Notes: generated by a model from the sequence alone, not told the origin. A stretch of 58,524 bases of DNA from Fidelibacterota bacterium (GCA_042577295.1 JBHPEE010000002.1:1-58524), one strand, 5' to 3'. Shown: positions 18,166 to 28,271, counted from the first letter of the stretch. Numbers and translations are program-made.

Positions 18166-19743
18166 CTATTCAATCCTAAGTAATTTGGAAACGACCCCAC
18201 CGCGATCCAAAACTATTTCATTGACTAATCCCTCCTCATTATGGATGAAATCCATTGTGAATCCAAAGTGAATATCAAAGAATTTTGTATTACTCTCTGG
18301 GTATAGATGATATGCGTTTGTCCCAGCATCAAAAATTAGATGATTTTCATCGATTGAAAACGTAAACACAGTACCACTCTCCATACGATATTTGCCGATG
18401 AAATCAATCATATCATCTGGCTTTAGAGGAAATAAAGTTTTTTCAATAGACTGATAATCCGGCCAACCGTATTCATGGGCTATCGCATATAGGATTTCGT
18501 AATATAAGCCCATACCGCTATCGGAATTTGTCATTATAATTGCACCAGCTTTACGTTTCGGGTAGTAAGCCATATAGCATCTATAACCGTTATTTGCACC
18601 TCCGTGAGAGAGTTCTAAATCTGATCCAACACCATTAACTTTAAACCCTAGGCCATACGGTTCTAACTGCGCTGTTATCATCTCGTTTGAAATATCATAA
18701 CTTAATATTGATTCGGATTCAGGATTAATCGATTCTCCAATTGAGATAAGAAGTTTTGATAGATCAGTTGGCGTTGTCCATAGACCTGCTGCAGCCATTT
18801 CAGGATAAATTAAGGGGAAATCACTCACTTTTTCACCTGTTGAAAGATAGCCGATTGATAATTGGGATAGATTTTTTGTCGTTAGCGTTTGGTCAAATGT
18901 GCTATTTGTCATATCCAAATCATCAAATATTAAATCATTCATAAGTTCAGGAAAGCTTTTTTCCAACATATCGGTCATAATCAATTGGATAACACAGAAG
19001 CCACCATTTGAGTATTTGGCGATTGCCCCTGGTATTGTATCTAACATAACTGCAGTGGCTTTTGAAGGTTCAGTTCCATTGAGAATTTCTACCAAGGTTG
19101 GTATCAATTCATCTTGAGTATAGCCAGATCTTGGATCATCATTTAAACCTGCGGAATGCGAAAGCAATTGTCTTAGAGTTATAGGTTGATTTAATGTGAA
19201 TTTGCTTATTGGTATCTGCCATGATTTAAGATATCGGTTTATATCAGTATCAAGTTTTAAAGTACCTTTATCTACTAACCGTAAGGCACCCGCTGCGGTG
19301 ACAGGTTTGCTAATAGATGCCGCCTGAAAAAGAGTATTTTCATCAACAATGGCGTTATTGTCTTTGTCGGCATAACCGTACCCTTTTGCCCATGACATCT
19401 GATCATTCTGAATTACTGCTATACTCACTCCAGGTACATTATAATAATCCATTCGTTCTTTTAAAGAAAATCCCTGAAGGTCTTTGTTTTTTATGATAAC
19501 AAGTGGCCTAAGCTCAGCTTCCATATGTGATATTATTTCTGTCGCAGTTATCTTCAAAGAATCTACATTGTTATCTGAAGATACAGCTTGATCTATATTC
19601 AATTTTGAATCAGTATCCGTACATGATAACAAGAAAATGATTTGAAGTGCTATTATTAAGAACAAAATAGATTTTACATTTATTATTGTTTTACACTTTC
19701 CTTGATTGTTTAATACATGAACCCTGTCAGTACATATTTTCAT
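18166..19743 (-). CDS. serine hydrolase, class C beta-lactamase/PBP-like family, lipoprotein
   Basis: SxxK (ASISKPVT) and YxN (YSNGGF) motifs; LLSC lipobox. Confidence 0.85.
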   Translation of the reverse strand: MKICTDRVHVLNNQGKCKTIINVKSILFLIIALQIIFLLSCTDTDSKLNIDQAVSSDNNVDSLKITATEIISHMEAELRPLVIIKNKDLQGFSLKERMDYYNVPGVSIAVIQNDQMSWAKGYGYADKDNNAIVDENTLFQAASISKPVTAAGALRLVDKGTLKLDTDINRYLKSWQIPISKFTLNQPITLRQLLSHSAGLNDDPRSGYTQDELIPTLVEILNGTEPSKATAVMLDTIPGAIAKYSNGGFCVIQLIMTDMLEKSFPELMNDLIFDDLDMTNSTFDQTLTTKNLSQLSIGYLSTGEKVSDFPLIYPEMAAAGLWTTPTDLSKLLISIGESINPESESILSYDISNEMITAQLEPYGLGFKVNGVGSDLELSHGGANNGYRCYMAYYPKRKAGAIIMTNSDSGMGLYYEILYAIAHEYGWPDYQSIEKTLFPLKPDDMIDFIGKYRMESGTVFTFSIDENHLIFDAGTNAYHLYPESNTKFFDIHFGFTMDFIHNEEGLVNEIVLDRGGVVSKLLRIE

Positions 19744-19871
19744 AATTCTTCCCGGATTTGTGAATTTGCAAACTAAATATTACAGTTTTTGACAAATATA
19801 TATCATGAAGGTTGTCCAGCTTTAACTAGTTCACTAAAATCTGTACCAATGTTTTAATTAGCAGGACTTTT

Positions 19872-19939
19872 AGTCCCAAAAACGTTCCCCATAACAAATT
19901 ACAAAAATCAGCTGTACCAAAAACAGTGGGTTTTGTGAC
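19872..19939 (+). repeat. IGR-A copy 2
   Basis: agtcccaaaaacgttccccataacaaa...gtaccaaaaacagtgggttttgtgac. Confidence 0.8.
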
Positions 19940-20036
19940 TCTATAAGAGGTTGTAGTAAACCAATAGTTTTTATTACAGTTGTAAGAAGATTTGGGGTAA
20001 TTTATTTATATTTCTTAACCAAACTTGGGTATAATT

Positions 20037-21140
20037 ATGGTAAAACCAGATAATAGAATATATTGGTTAGATAATTTAAGAACATTCATGATTTTTTTAG
20101 TCGTTGTAATACATGCTGCAACTGTATTTGAAAAATATAGCATGGGTGCGCTTTGGTGGATAGTCATTGATCCCTCTAATAGTGACTTGAATGGTATATT
20201 GTTCTTAATTCTAAATATATTTGTTATGGCTACTATTTATTTTGTCTCTGGTTATCTTGTGCCATTGACATTAAAAAATAAATCCGGGTGGAAATTTATA
20301 AAATCCAAGTTTCAAAGAATAATGGTACCCTGGATAATTGCTGTACTGATACTGATTCCACTTTATAAGGTGATTTTTTTGTATTCAAGGGGATTACCGC
20401 AAGAAAGCTGGACAGGTTACTTTCATTGGAAATCTTTATGGAGCCAGAATTGGCTATGGTTCTTGCCAGTGTTATTTTTATTTGATATGATTTATTTATT
20501 ATTTGAAAAAATTCCTACAAGTAAAATATCCGTAAAACAATCAATATGGATTACACTAATAGTTGTGTTTGTATATAGTTTTAGCATGGATTATTTTGGA
20601 TTACATGGATGGACTAAAACTATATTAATTGATTTTCAAAATGAGAGATTACTGGTTTATTTCATGATATTTATACTCGGATCTCTGCTTTACAAAATAA
20701 AAGCATTTGACTCGAACAAGGTTAATAAAAAAATTAATACTATAGTACACTCTATGGGATGGTTGCCAATTAATTTATACATCTTTTTTATAATCTATGC
20801 TTTGATTTATCCTGAAAATTATATCATTAATAAAGTTATTCATGTTTCTTTAGCAAGATTAAGCTTTACACTTTCATTAGCCTACTTACTATACGTGTTT
20901 GTTACTGTATTTTGGTATTATATGAATAAAACAGGAAAAATACTTAATACTCTAAACAAAAATTCTTATGGTGTATATATTATTCATGTAATTGTAATGG
21001 GTGTTATTGCCTTGATAATGTTGAATACTGGAATACCTTTATTTTTAAAATTTCTAATACTGATAACATCAACATATCTAATTTGTAATCTATTGGTATA
21101 TTTTTACAGAAGTTACATTAAAGTAATGTTCACAAAATAA
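20037..21140 (+). CDS. acyltransferase family 3 membrane protein
   Basis: NRIYWLDNLRTFMIFLVVVIHA N-terminal signature; about 10 TM. ATG at 20037 preferred over the listed TTG at 20025. Confidence 0.8.
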   Translation: MVKPDNRIYWLDNLRTFMIFLVVVIHAATVFEKYSMGALWWIVIDPSNSDLNGILFLILNIFVMATIYFVSGYLVPLTLKNKSGWKFIKSKFQRIMVPWIIAVLILIPLYKVIFLYSRGLPQESWTGYFHWKSLWSQNWLWFLPVLFLFDMIYLLFEKIPTSKISVKQSIWITLIVVFVYSFSMDYFGLHGWTKTILIDFQNERLLVYFMIFILGSLLYKIKAFDSNKVNKKINTIVHSMGWLPINLYIFFIIYALIYPENYIINKVIHVSLARLSFTLSLAYLLYVFVTVFWYYMNKTGKILNTLNKNSYGVYIIHVIVMGVIALIMLNTGIPLFLKFLILITSTYLICNLLVYFYRSYIKVMFTK

Positions 21141-21167
21141 TAGTCAATTATTATTTGGTGTTAAAAT

Positions 21168-21237
21168 AGTTCCAAAAACGCGTACCAAAACAACCGGGTT
21201 GATTTGAGTGTACCAAAAACGACGGGTTTTGATACAC
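21168..21237 (+). repeat. IGR-A copy 3
   Basis: agttccaaaaacgcgtaccaaaacaa...gtaccaaaaacgacgggttttgatacac. Confidence 0.8.
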
Positions 21238-21351
21238 CAATTTAAAACGAATGTAGTCTAAGATTAATTACTTCACATAAACCATTTTTTACGAACTATT
21301 AAACTGACCGTTTGATTATTAATGCTTCTGCATATATTCCAATATTTTTAT

Positions 21352-22740
21352 TTAATCTTGCAAACGTGTAATCATTTTCAATGCATATTGATTATCGGGT
21401 TCTATATCCAATGTTTTGTAGACATATTTTAACGCCCGTTCTTTTTTCCCAAATTTGTTATAGGCATATATATATTTTTCATACGGAATTATTGAGTTCG
21501 GATAATATTCTATATACTTGTCTAATATAGCATATAGCATTTGTTCTTCACCTATTGAAGAGTAGTGATAAGCCCACACATGAAAGAAAAATTCATTAAC
21601 AATGCGAAATTCCTTTCCAACTTGAAGAAGTGACTCTAATGATTTATTTGCTTCTTTAATCTTTTTATCGCTAATTAATAATTCAGTCTGCTCAAGATAA
21701 AACTGCATTTCCTGAACTGCTGACTTGAGCTTTTCTTCCTTTACTTTTGCATATTCTATGGCTAATTTTTTTGCAAGAACGATAGCAGTATCCAATGCAA
21801 CGGCTGCGCCAATATTAACATCAGGTATAACACCGATTCCCTCCCAATTTTCTCTTGTAACTGGATTAATCGCCCTCGCTGTAGGAATATATATTTCAAA
21901 TTGATCATATAAATTATACAAATCAACTGAGTGTGCCCCCCCTTTGGTTGAGTCTCCAATAATGATTGCTCGATTCATTGCTTTCATATTGTAAGCAAAG
22001 GACTCTGCGGCAGAAAATGTTTTATCACTGGTTAATATAAAAAGTGGTATATCAGTCATGGGTTCCATTCCAATATCTTTTAATGTCCAGGATTCAGTCA
22101 GATAATTGTCAATTCGGGAATACGAACTATTCAATTGTGTTGGATACTTGAGGAAATAACTACTTAGATAATCGCCAGAGCCCCCACCATTTTCACGTAT
22201 ATCAATGATAATTGCATCAGCATTGGATAAAAAGTGCATAGCATTTAGAACCATGTCTTTTACATCTGAATAATTATAAAACCTGGTTAATTCAAACAAT
22301 CCAATATTACCTTCCAACCATTCGAGCTTGGAGAATCCATTATTTTCTTTTAATCCTAATCTATGATAACGAATTGGGTGATGAAGTGAACATTCAGGTT
22401 CTTCACTCAGATCACTTGATTCTATTAATCTAAAATGAATGTGTTTATCATTGGTGATATTTATTAAATCATTTGTTACTTTCTCGGTAAATATTATAGC
22501 ATCATTAATAGAGTCGTAACATCCTGAAGATATTTTATTCCTAAAATCCTCAGCACTTTTCTGGGCAGCTTCAGGAATTACATATTTTGTTTCTATTAAA
22601 TCACTTATCGAATATAGTAGTTTGTCTTTATAGGCTTTATCTAAGATAAATTCTTGTTGTCCTGTAACAAATGGATTTAATATCAAAAATAAACAGATCG
22701 TTATAAATAATTTAAAATTATTATGTTTAAAATTTTTCAT
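21352..22740 (-). CDS. S41 family peptidase with C-terminal TPR-like region
   Basis: AIIIDIRENGGGSGD and TSDKTFSAAESFAY (S41 active-site blocks). MKNFKHNNFKLFITICLF at 22740 is the more plausible start. Confidence 0.8.
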   Translation of the reverse strand: MKNFKHNNFKLFITICLFLILNPFVTGQQEFILDKAYKDKLLYSISDLIETKYVIPEAAQKSAEDFRNKISSGCYDSINDAIIFTEKVTNDLINITNDKHIHFRLIESSDLSEEPECSLHHPIRYHRLGLKENNGFSKLEWLEGNIGLFELTRFYNYSDVKDMVLNAMHFLSNADAIIIDIRENGGGSGDYLSSYFLKYPTQLNSSYSRIDNYLTESWTLKDIGMEPMTDIPLFILTSDKTFSAAESFAYNMKAMNRAIIIGDSTKGGAHSVDLYNLYDQFEIYIPTARAINPVTRENWEGIGVIPDVNIGAAVALDTAIVLAKKLAIEYAKVKEEKLKSAVQEMQFYLEQTELLISDKKIKEANKSLESLLQVGKEFRIVNEFFFHVWAYHYSSIGEEQMLYAILDKYIEYYPNSIIPYEKYIYAYNKFGKKERALKYVYKTLDIEPDNQYALKMITRLQD

Positions 22741-22889
22741 ATTTGTCCTTTTATCGTTTGAAATCCACAATAAATATATGAGATAAAAATAAAAGTTATT
22801 AAATAAATATAATGCTACTATTAGGTGGAAGGTAAATATCTCATATGAGAGTCAATGTTAACAAATTATGGTTAAACTATCAGTAAATT

Positions 22890-22957
22890 TGTTCCAAAAA
22901 CGTAACCAAAAACAAACAGGCTAGATGGGTGTATCAAAAACGTTGAGTTTTGACACA
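22890..22957 (+). repeat. IGR-A copy 4
   Basis: tgttccaaaaacgtaaccaaaaacaaa...gtatcaaaaacgttgagttttgacaca. Confidence 0.8.
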
Positions 22958-22972
22958 ATTTCTCTTGTGTTG

Positions 22973-23030
22973 CAAAACTGTTAAAACAAGTTTCTCGCGA
23001 CGAAAGAATCGCTGTGTAGCGTTGCCCTAC
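22973..23030 (+). repeat. IGR-C extension module only
   Basis: caaaactgttaaaacaagtttctcgcgacgaaagaatcgctgtgtagcgttgccc matches 24205-24262, estimated by eye at about 75 percent identity. Confidence 0.55.
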
Positions 23031-23126
23031 AAAGACAGAACTAATAATTGAGAACCAAAAGACGAAGTAAGTCTCCAGGAATGATTATACTACAATCACG
23101 AGAAACTACCTCGTCTTTTATAAATA

Positions 23127-23504
23127 CTACTCTTTATTTTCTTTTATTAAGAAATACCCAAAACCTACGGTAAAGAAGAAGTATACAAATACTATACTCC
23201 ACCCAAGAGCATTTAACCCCCCTGAAAGCTGAATTGCCACTGTGGCTACTAATGCAATGGCATCATATACAAAAAGGTGTGTTATTATAGCCTTTCTGGC
23301 AATGGACTTCCCAGCATCTCTTGCAATCCAAGTTAGGAACAAACCACCAATTAATGTTGCTCCATATTCTCGAGATGTCAAAGCAGCACCTGGACCATAA
23401 GTAGTACCCAGTAGATTTAAAAGCCAAGCGGGAAAGAAGAGGAGTAAAGGACCAAAGCCAAGACATACAATAGCTTTGATAATCATTAGAGTTTTAAACT
23501 TCAT
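23127..23504 (-). CDS. small 4-TM membrane protein
   Basis: 125 aa with four hydrophobic helices; no recognisable catalytic motif. Confidence 0.4.
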   Translation of the reverse strand: MKFKTLMIIKAIVCLGFGPLLLFFPAWLLNLLGTTYGPGAALTSREYGATLIGGLFLTWIARDAGKSIARKAIITHLFVYDAIALVATVAIQLSGGLNALGWSIVFVYFFFTVGFGYFLIKENKE

Positions 23505-23678
23505 TATTACCTCCTATAAGTATGAAGAAGCAAAAAAATTAGGTTGTTTAAGACCATTTTATCAATAATATTTATAAAAAGTAAAAATGTATTTCAAATT
23601 AAGATTAATATTAAATTCTATATCTAATGATAGTTAAAACCGTGCTGACTGAATAATATATAAAACAGGGAGGTTAGT

Positions 23679-24167
23679 ATGAAAATGATTTTGGTGTTTT
23701 TCGTCGTATCAATTCTAATATTTGGTTGTGCAAAGCAATCTAATATTGATTATCAAAAGCAGTTAATAGACAAATATGTTAAATATTGGAATACTGGTGA
23801 TTTTGAAGGAATTGTTGAAGTTCTCCACCCAGATTTTGAGTTATTTGCCACTCCAAAATACGATTCTGAGAATGGTATTGAAAAATTTATGGAAGTCATT
23901 ACAAAACTGAGAACTGCTTATCCAGATTTTCACATCAAATTAGATGAAGAAATATATAGTAATAATGAGGGTGCTGTCAGATGGACAATAACTGCTACGC
24001 ATACTGGACAGGGTACTATGCCCCCTACAGGAAAACGAGTAGAAGTAAAGGGAATCAGCCTTTTCCATATTGTAGGCAAGAAAATAAAGGATGAATGGAT
24101 TGCAGGAAATGATCTTCATTGGTTACAGCAATTAGGATTTACTTTAACTCCCCCATCTACAAATTAA
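23679..24167 (+). CDS. SnoaL-like ester cyclase (NTF2 fold), lipoprotein
   Basis: gggagg SD; FGC lipobox; YVKYWNTGDFEGIVEVLHPDF and VEVKGISLFHIVGKKIKDEW are typical of the ester-cyclase family. Confidence 0.7.
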   Translation: MKMILVFFVVSILIFGCAKQSNIDYQKQLIDKYVKYWNTGDFEGIVEVLHPDFELFATPKYDSENGIEKFMEVITKLRTAYPDFHIKLDEEIYSNNEGAVRWTITATHTGQGTMPPTGKRVEVKGISLFHIVGKKIKDEWIAGNDLHWLQQLGFTLTPPSTN

Positions 24168-24180
24168 TCAAATTTATCAA

Positions 24181-24262
24181 CATTGTAGATACGGTTTCTG
24201 TGGATACAAACCTGTTAAAAGAAGTGTCTCACGACAAAAGAATAGCTGTGTAGCAACGCCCG
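24181..24262 (+). repeat. IGR-C copy 3 with extension module
   Basis: cattgtagatacggtttctgtggatacaaacctgttaaaagaagtgtctcacgacaaaagaatagctgtgtagcaacgcccg. Confidence 0.7.
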
Positions 24263-24351
24263 ATTAAGATAGAGCTGTATAACATCCACTCAAAATATTG
24301 CTAAATTCAGAGCATTGAATAAACTACTTTCGCATAAAAGGAATTTGAATA

Positions 24352-25475
24352 TTGAAAAAAATCAATATTTCACAAGTCGACACATTTTTTGTAGATGAAA
24401 GTTTTCCAATAGAGTTTATATTTTTCTATGATTACAAAATCGAAACAAAGGATATTCTTAAATCCTTAAAATCACTTTCAAAAGAATTTTGGATTATTTT
24501 TGGTGAGTATAATAATGGTTCAATTTCATCAAAAAAGTATAATGGAAATGATTTCTTTATAGAGCAAATTATTGATGATGATTTCAGTGTCAATATGAAT
24601 ATAGGAAAGATATCAGAAGAATACAGTAATGTTAATTCAGGGAATAATAAATGCTTATTTAGAATAAGTATTTTTCAATATAAGAATGGAACTGCTATCA
24701 TACCCAAATTAAATCATATTATCGGTGATGGATACAGCTATTTCTACTTTTTATCAGTACTTGCGGCACTTTCTAATCCTACAATTTCTTTGTTTAAAAA
24801 ATGGTGTTAAAAAGGATATCTAAACCACAAATTAATCGTACAAGTCTAATAGATTATAATTTTACTAATACAAATATTGAGAAACCACACGAACATAATA
24901 ATTGTGTATTGAAACTTGAAAAAATTCCGAAATCACACATTAAACAAGAAATCAAAAATATAAAAAACAAATACAATAATGTTGTGTCAACTAATGATCT
25001 GTTATCTGCAAAAGTATTTAAAAGAACATTTGATATACAACAAGCCTATAAATCGAATAAGTTTAGTTTAGCTATTCCGATGGATGTTAGAAGACAGGTC
25101 AAAGAATTAGGTTTAAAATATTTTGGGAATGGATTACTATTACATTCTTTGAAATTAAATGTGAGTGAGTTGGAAAAAATTAATACGGATGAATTGGCTA
25201 TTAAATTGAGGGAATCAATACCGGTAATTGATTCAAAATCATATTTGGAATATTTAACAAAACTTGAGACTCAAATAAAAAATTCGGCAGTACACTCATT
25301 AAAACCATACAATCCAGAAACAGGTTGTTTAGTTACGAACCTATCCAGAATACCAATTCACAAACTTGATTACGGTAAAGGTAGCCCAAAGCTTGTACTG
25401 CCATTAACAATAGGTAAAAATTCAGCAGCTATATTGTCTGATAAACAGAACTATATTTTAAGACTCGCATATTAA
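24352..25475 (+). pseudogene. HxxxD-type acyltransferase (condensation/BAHD-like fold) split by a frameshift in an A6 run
   Basis: ORFs 24352..24810 and 24801..25475 overlap by 10 nt at tttaaaaaatgg. The first carries LNHIIGDGYSYFYF (HxxxDG). Adding one A at 24796-24801 fuses them into a protein of about 375 aa. Confidence 0.5.
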
Positions 25476-25482
25476 ATATATT

Positions 25483-25628
25483 TTTGATTCAATTGATCCT
25501 GACGGGAATATGGAAATGTTACTAAAAGCTTCATCCAAAAAAATAGTACAGGAATTACTTAAAACCGGTCTTGTAAGATAAGAATATATTTCCAATTAAT
25601 TGGATAAAAGTGGCAGTAATGGACACTA
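25483..25628 (+). repeat. direct duplicate of the 3' end of gene 41815..42429 plus downstream spacer
   Basis: About 145 nt matching 42331-42475 with 3 substitutions and 1 indel. Encodes FDSIDPDGNMEMLLKASSKKIVQELLKTGLVR-stop without any start. Confidence 0.9.
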
Positions 25629-25726
25629 ATGCATATTTATTTCAACACTCGTTTAAAATACATTGACGACAAACTGAGTACTCATAATCCGGTGGTCCGG
25701 AGTTCGAATCCCTATGGCCTCACACC
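25610..25726 (+). repeat. IGR-B copy 3 with tRNA-like T-arm/acceptor module
   Basis: gtggcagtaatggacactaatg...cgacaaactgagtactcataat...ggtccggagttcgaatccctatggcctcacacc contains the canonical GTTCGAATCC T-loop string. No 5' acceptor strand. Confidence 0.7.
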
Positions 25727-25729
25727 TTA

Positions 25730-25763
25730 AAATCTCATTATCTCGACGGAGAGAGTGAGATTT
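25730..25763 (+). terminator. long hairpin directly after the tRNA-like module of IGR-B copy 3
   Basis: aaatctcattatctc-gacg-gagagagtgagattt: 15-position stem with one mismatch and one G-U. No clear T-run. Confidence 0.3.
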
Positions 25764-25885
25764 CTCAATTAAAAATTAAAAAATGAAAATGATAGAAAAT
25801 GACACTAAAAGACACTATTTTCAGCAGTATTTCAGTGGCTCTCCCTCTAAAGAACAGTAATCATCTAATTTTTTAAGATAAGTCT

Positions 25886-25953
25886 AGTCCCAAAAACGTG
25901 CCCCAAAACAAATGGCACAATATGTGTGTATCAAACGGTTGATTTTAGTGCAC
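25886..25953 (+). repeat. IGR-A copy 5
   Basis: agtcccaaaaacgtgccccaaaacaaa...gtatcaaacggttgattttagtgcac (3' arm partly decayed). Confidence 0.7.
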
Positions 25954-25957
25954 AGAT

Positions 25958-27100
25958 TTAATAATTATTACTTTGATACCGAATTAAATCGTAAATACGT
26001 CCATGTGGATATACGGATTCATTATATTTATTTGAAAATATGATAAAACCAATATCCGAATCAAATTGCCATTCCACAAAAGCGCTATAACCTGTACCGC
26101 CACCGTATTTGGCTATACGATTACCTAAACGACGATTCCAAAGATTTGACATACCGGTCGCATAATTATTGATTTTAAACATTTGTTCTACTGTTTCTGG
26201 TTTTAATATTCTGTTTCCATTGAGTTCGCCAAAGTTCAGAATGGCACTAATAAAATGTGAAAAATCAACAATATTACTTTTTATATTGCCGGCCGGATAA
26301 TGTCTATAAGTAAATTGTTTAACTGGATAATTACTATTGTAATAGGGTGTAACTAAGAGCTCTTCATTCATATATTCGGGACGGAAAGCAGAGTTTTCCA
26401 TATCTAATGATAATAAAATATTTTCCCGACAATAGTCTCTATAATCCATTCCTGTTATATTCTCAATTATTAACGCAAGTAATGATACACCAATATTTGA
26501 GTACAATTCTTGGCTCCCGGGTCTGAAGTCTTTCCAAACTGCAGGTCGATAATCAAGTCCATTCGCAAGAATATATTGTGGTATCCACTCACTAATTGGA
26601 GGTACATTGTCTAAATCAAAAAAGTACTCAAAGTCCGGTAGATGATCTTCAGTTTGGACGGGCCATGCCAAGCTTGAAGTGTGATTTAACAACATGTGGG
26701 GAGTTATCGCAATATCAGGATAATTTGGATTGCGTACAGTAAAAGGTAAATATTCATTTATATCAGAATATAGATCAATCCTATCGTCCTCCCACAATTG
26801 AAATACGGAAATAGAGACAAATAACTTTGAAATTGATTCTATATTATAGAGGGTTAATCGATCCGTTGGTTTCGAACTTTCTACGTCTGCCAATCCAAAA
26901 GTGCCTTCCCATACAATTTCATTGTCTTTAACTATAGCTGCAACAACTGAAGGTATTCTATTATCCTGCATCTCCTTTAATATCTCTGCTTCTACATCAA
27001 TATCTGAAGAATTAATTGATTTTTTACATCCGAATTGCAATAATACTGCTATTACAATAAACAATATAATGCTGTGCCTTTTAACTGATATTTTACTCAT
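25958..27100 (-). CDS. serine hydrolase, class C beta-lactamase/PBP-like family, lipoprotein
   Basis: SxxK (IESISKLF) and YxN (YSNIGV); QFGC lipobox. Confidence 0.85.
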   Translation of the reverse strand: MSKISVKRHSIILFIVIAVLLQFGCKKSINSSDIDVEAEILKEMQDNRIPSVVAAIVKDNEIVWEGTFGLADVESSKPTDRLTLYNIESISKLFVSISVFQLWEDDRIDLYSDINEYLPFTVRNPNYPDIAITPHMLLNHTSSLAWPVQTEDHLPDFEYFFDLDNVPPISEWIPQYILANGLDYRPAVWKDFRPGSQELYSNIGVSLLALIIENITGMDYRDYCRENILLSLDMENSAFRPEYMNEELLVTPYYNSNYPVKQFTYRHYPAGNIKSNIVDFSHFISAILNFGELNGNRILKPETVEQMFKINNYATGMSNLWNRRLGNRIAKYGGGTGYSAFVEWQFDSDIGFIIFSNKYNESVYPHGRIYDLIRYQSNNY

Positions 27101-27798
27101 CGCTTTTCACCAAAATTCAGTAGATATCCAAATGTAAGAGCAATATTTACGTTTCTTGACCGTTCTTTATTTGGACCATAATATTCCTTTATATATCCCT
27201 CAGCAAGTTCCATCATATCGGCTAATCCATAAGTTGTGCGAAAATCAACAATGAATTTGTTTTGTTGAATTGTAAAATCATAAGATATGCTTGCTGCAAG
27301 ACCCCAATCTAACTTTTTTATGTTAGACATTTTCTCTTTTTGTACTTGATTTTCAGTGTTGATGTAGCGGATATTATCAATAGTATACGAAAAATATGGA
27401 CCTATTAAGAATGCGAAATGATTTTTTGGTTCTTTTGTAAAATCATATTTCACCAACATTGGGATTTCTAGGTAATGAATTTTTACAAAATATTTAATAT
27501 CATCGTAAATGAATTCAGTGCTGTAGTTCAAGCCTTTTTTTACATAGAGTATTTCTGGTTGGAAACCAATTTTATTAGTTATTTGATAAGTTTTAAAAAT
27601 ACCGAATTGGTAGGTTAAATACGGCAATTTATGGCTAAGAGAATTGGTACCATACCCCAAATAGGGAATTTGTCCCTCAATCTCAAAAATTATGTCTGAC
27701 AATGCAGGACCACCTTTTATACCAACTTGAGATTGCAACGGTGACATAAATATAAACCAAGATAAAATAAATGATATTATAAATTTATTACTGTACAT
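27097..27798 (-). CDS. outer-membrane beta-barrel (porin-family/PorT-like) protein
   Basis: Signal peptide (SPLQSQ); alternating strands; C-terminal TFGYLLNF. Overlaps the downstream hydrolase by 4 nt. Confidence 0.6.
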   Translation of the reverse strand: MYSNKFIISFILSWFIFMSPLQSQVGIKGGPALSDIIFEIEGQIPYLGYGTNSLSHKLPYLTYQFGIFKTYQITNKIGFQPEILYVKKGLNYSTEFIYDDIKYFVKIHYLEIPMLVKYDFTKEPKNHFAFLIGPYFSYTIDNIRYINTENQVQKEKMSNIKKLDWGLAASISYDFTIQQNKFIVDFRTTYGLADMMELAEGYIKEYYGPNKERSRNVNIALTFGYLLNFGEKR

Positions 27799-27863
27799 AT
27801 ATTTAATATCCGTTTAGCTAATTAATATGACAAGGGATACCTAATAAGGTTGTCATACTAATT

Positions 27864-27926
27864 AGTCCCAAAACCGTCTCCTAAAACAAATGGCTAATTT
27901 GAAAGCACCAAAAACTCATAAGATTC
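27864..27926 (+). repeat. IGR-A copy 6 (3' hairpin degenerate)
   Basis: agtcccaaaaccgtctcctaaaacaaa...gcaccaaaaactcataagattc. Confidence 0.65.
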
Positions 27927-27942
27927 AATTTTATTAGATACA

Positions 27943-27976
27943 GTGGACAGTAATGCATAATAATGTAGTATACTTT
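27943..27976 (+). repeat. IGR-B copy 4 (box region only)
   Basis: gtggacagtaatgcataataatgtagtatac. Confidence 0.55.
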
Positions 27977-28024
27977 TTAAATTGCTTATCGTTGAACAAT
28001 GTATTCATACGATAGCTTTAATAT

Positions 28025-28271
28025 TTAACTATTCAAAACTTTTGTCACCCAAGCACGACTAACGCCTAAATGCCTAGATAATTCAGCTTGAGTCCAATTA
28101 TTTTTCTTCAATAACTTGATAAATCTAACCTTTCGTTCTTTCTTTGATTCTCTTGTTATTGTATGAGGAAGTTTTTTTTACTTCTTGACCTAAATAATAT
28201 CGATAGTCTTGATTATTAAATCTCTCGATATAAAATGACTCTGAAAAAACCAAAAAGTTCGAGTTTGGCAT
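28025..28271 (-). pseudogene. small HTH DNA-binding protein gene disrupted by a frameshift in an A8 run
   Basis: Minus-strand ATG 28271 gives MPNSNFLVFSESFYIERFNNQDYRYYLGQEVKK, then the frame is lost at the T8 run 28172-28179. The other frame continues LPHTITRESKKERKVRFIKLLKKNNWTQAELSRHLGVSRAWVTKVLNS-stop (28025). WTQAELSRHLGVSRAWV is a clear helix-turn-helix. Confidence 0.4.

Noticed and set aside
24796-24801. Programmed -1 ribosomal frameshift at the A-run joining the two acyltransferase ORFs
   Set aside because: There is no proper X_XXY_YYZ heptamer (the run is preceded by T) and no obvious downstream stimulatory structure. The gene class is not known for recoding. A second A-run frameshift at 28172 points to error or decay.
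25640-25726. Functional tRNA genes at the GTTCGAATCC (25700) and GGTTCTAATCC...CCA (32215-32240) sites
   Set aside because: Only T-arm and 3' acceptor-like segments are present. No complementary 5' acceptor strand, D arm or convincing anticodon arm exists upstream, and the copy-3 T stem does not pair.
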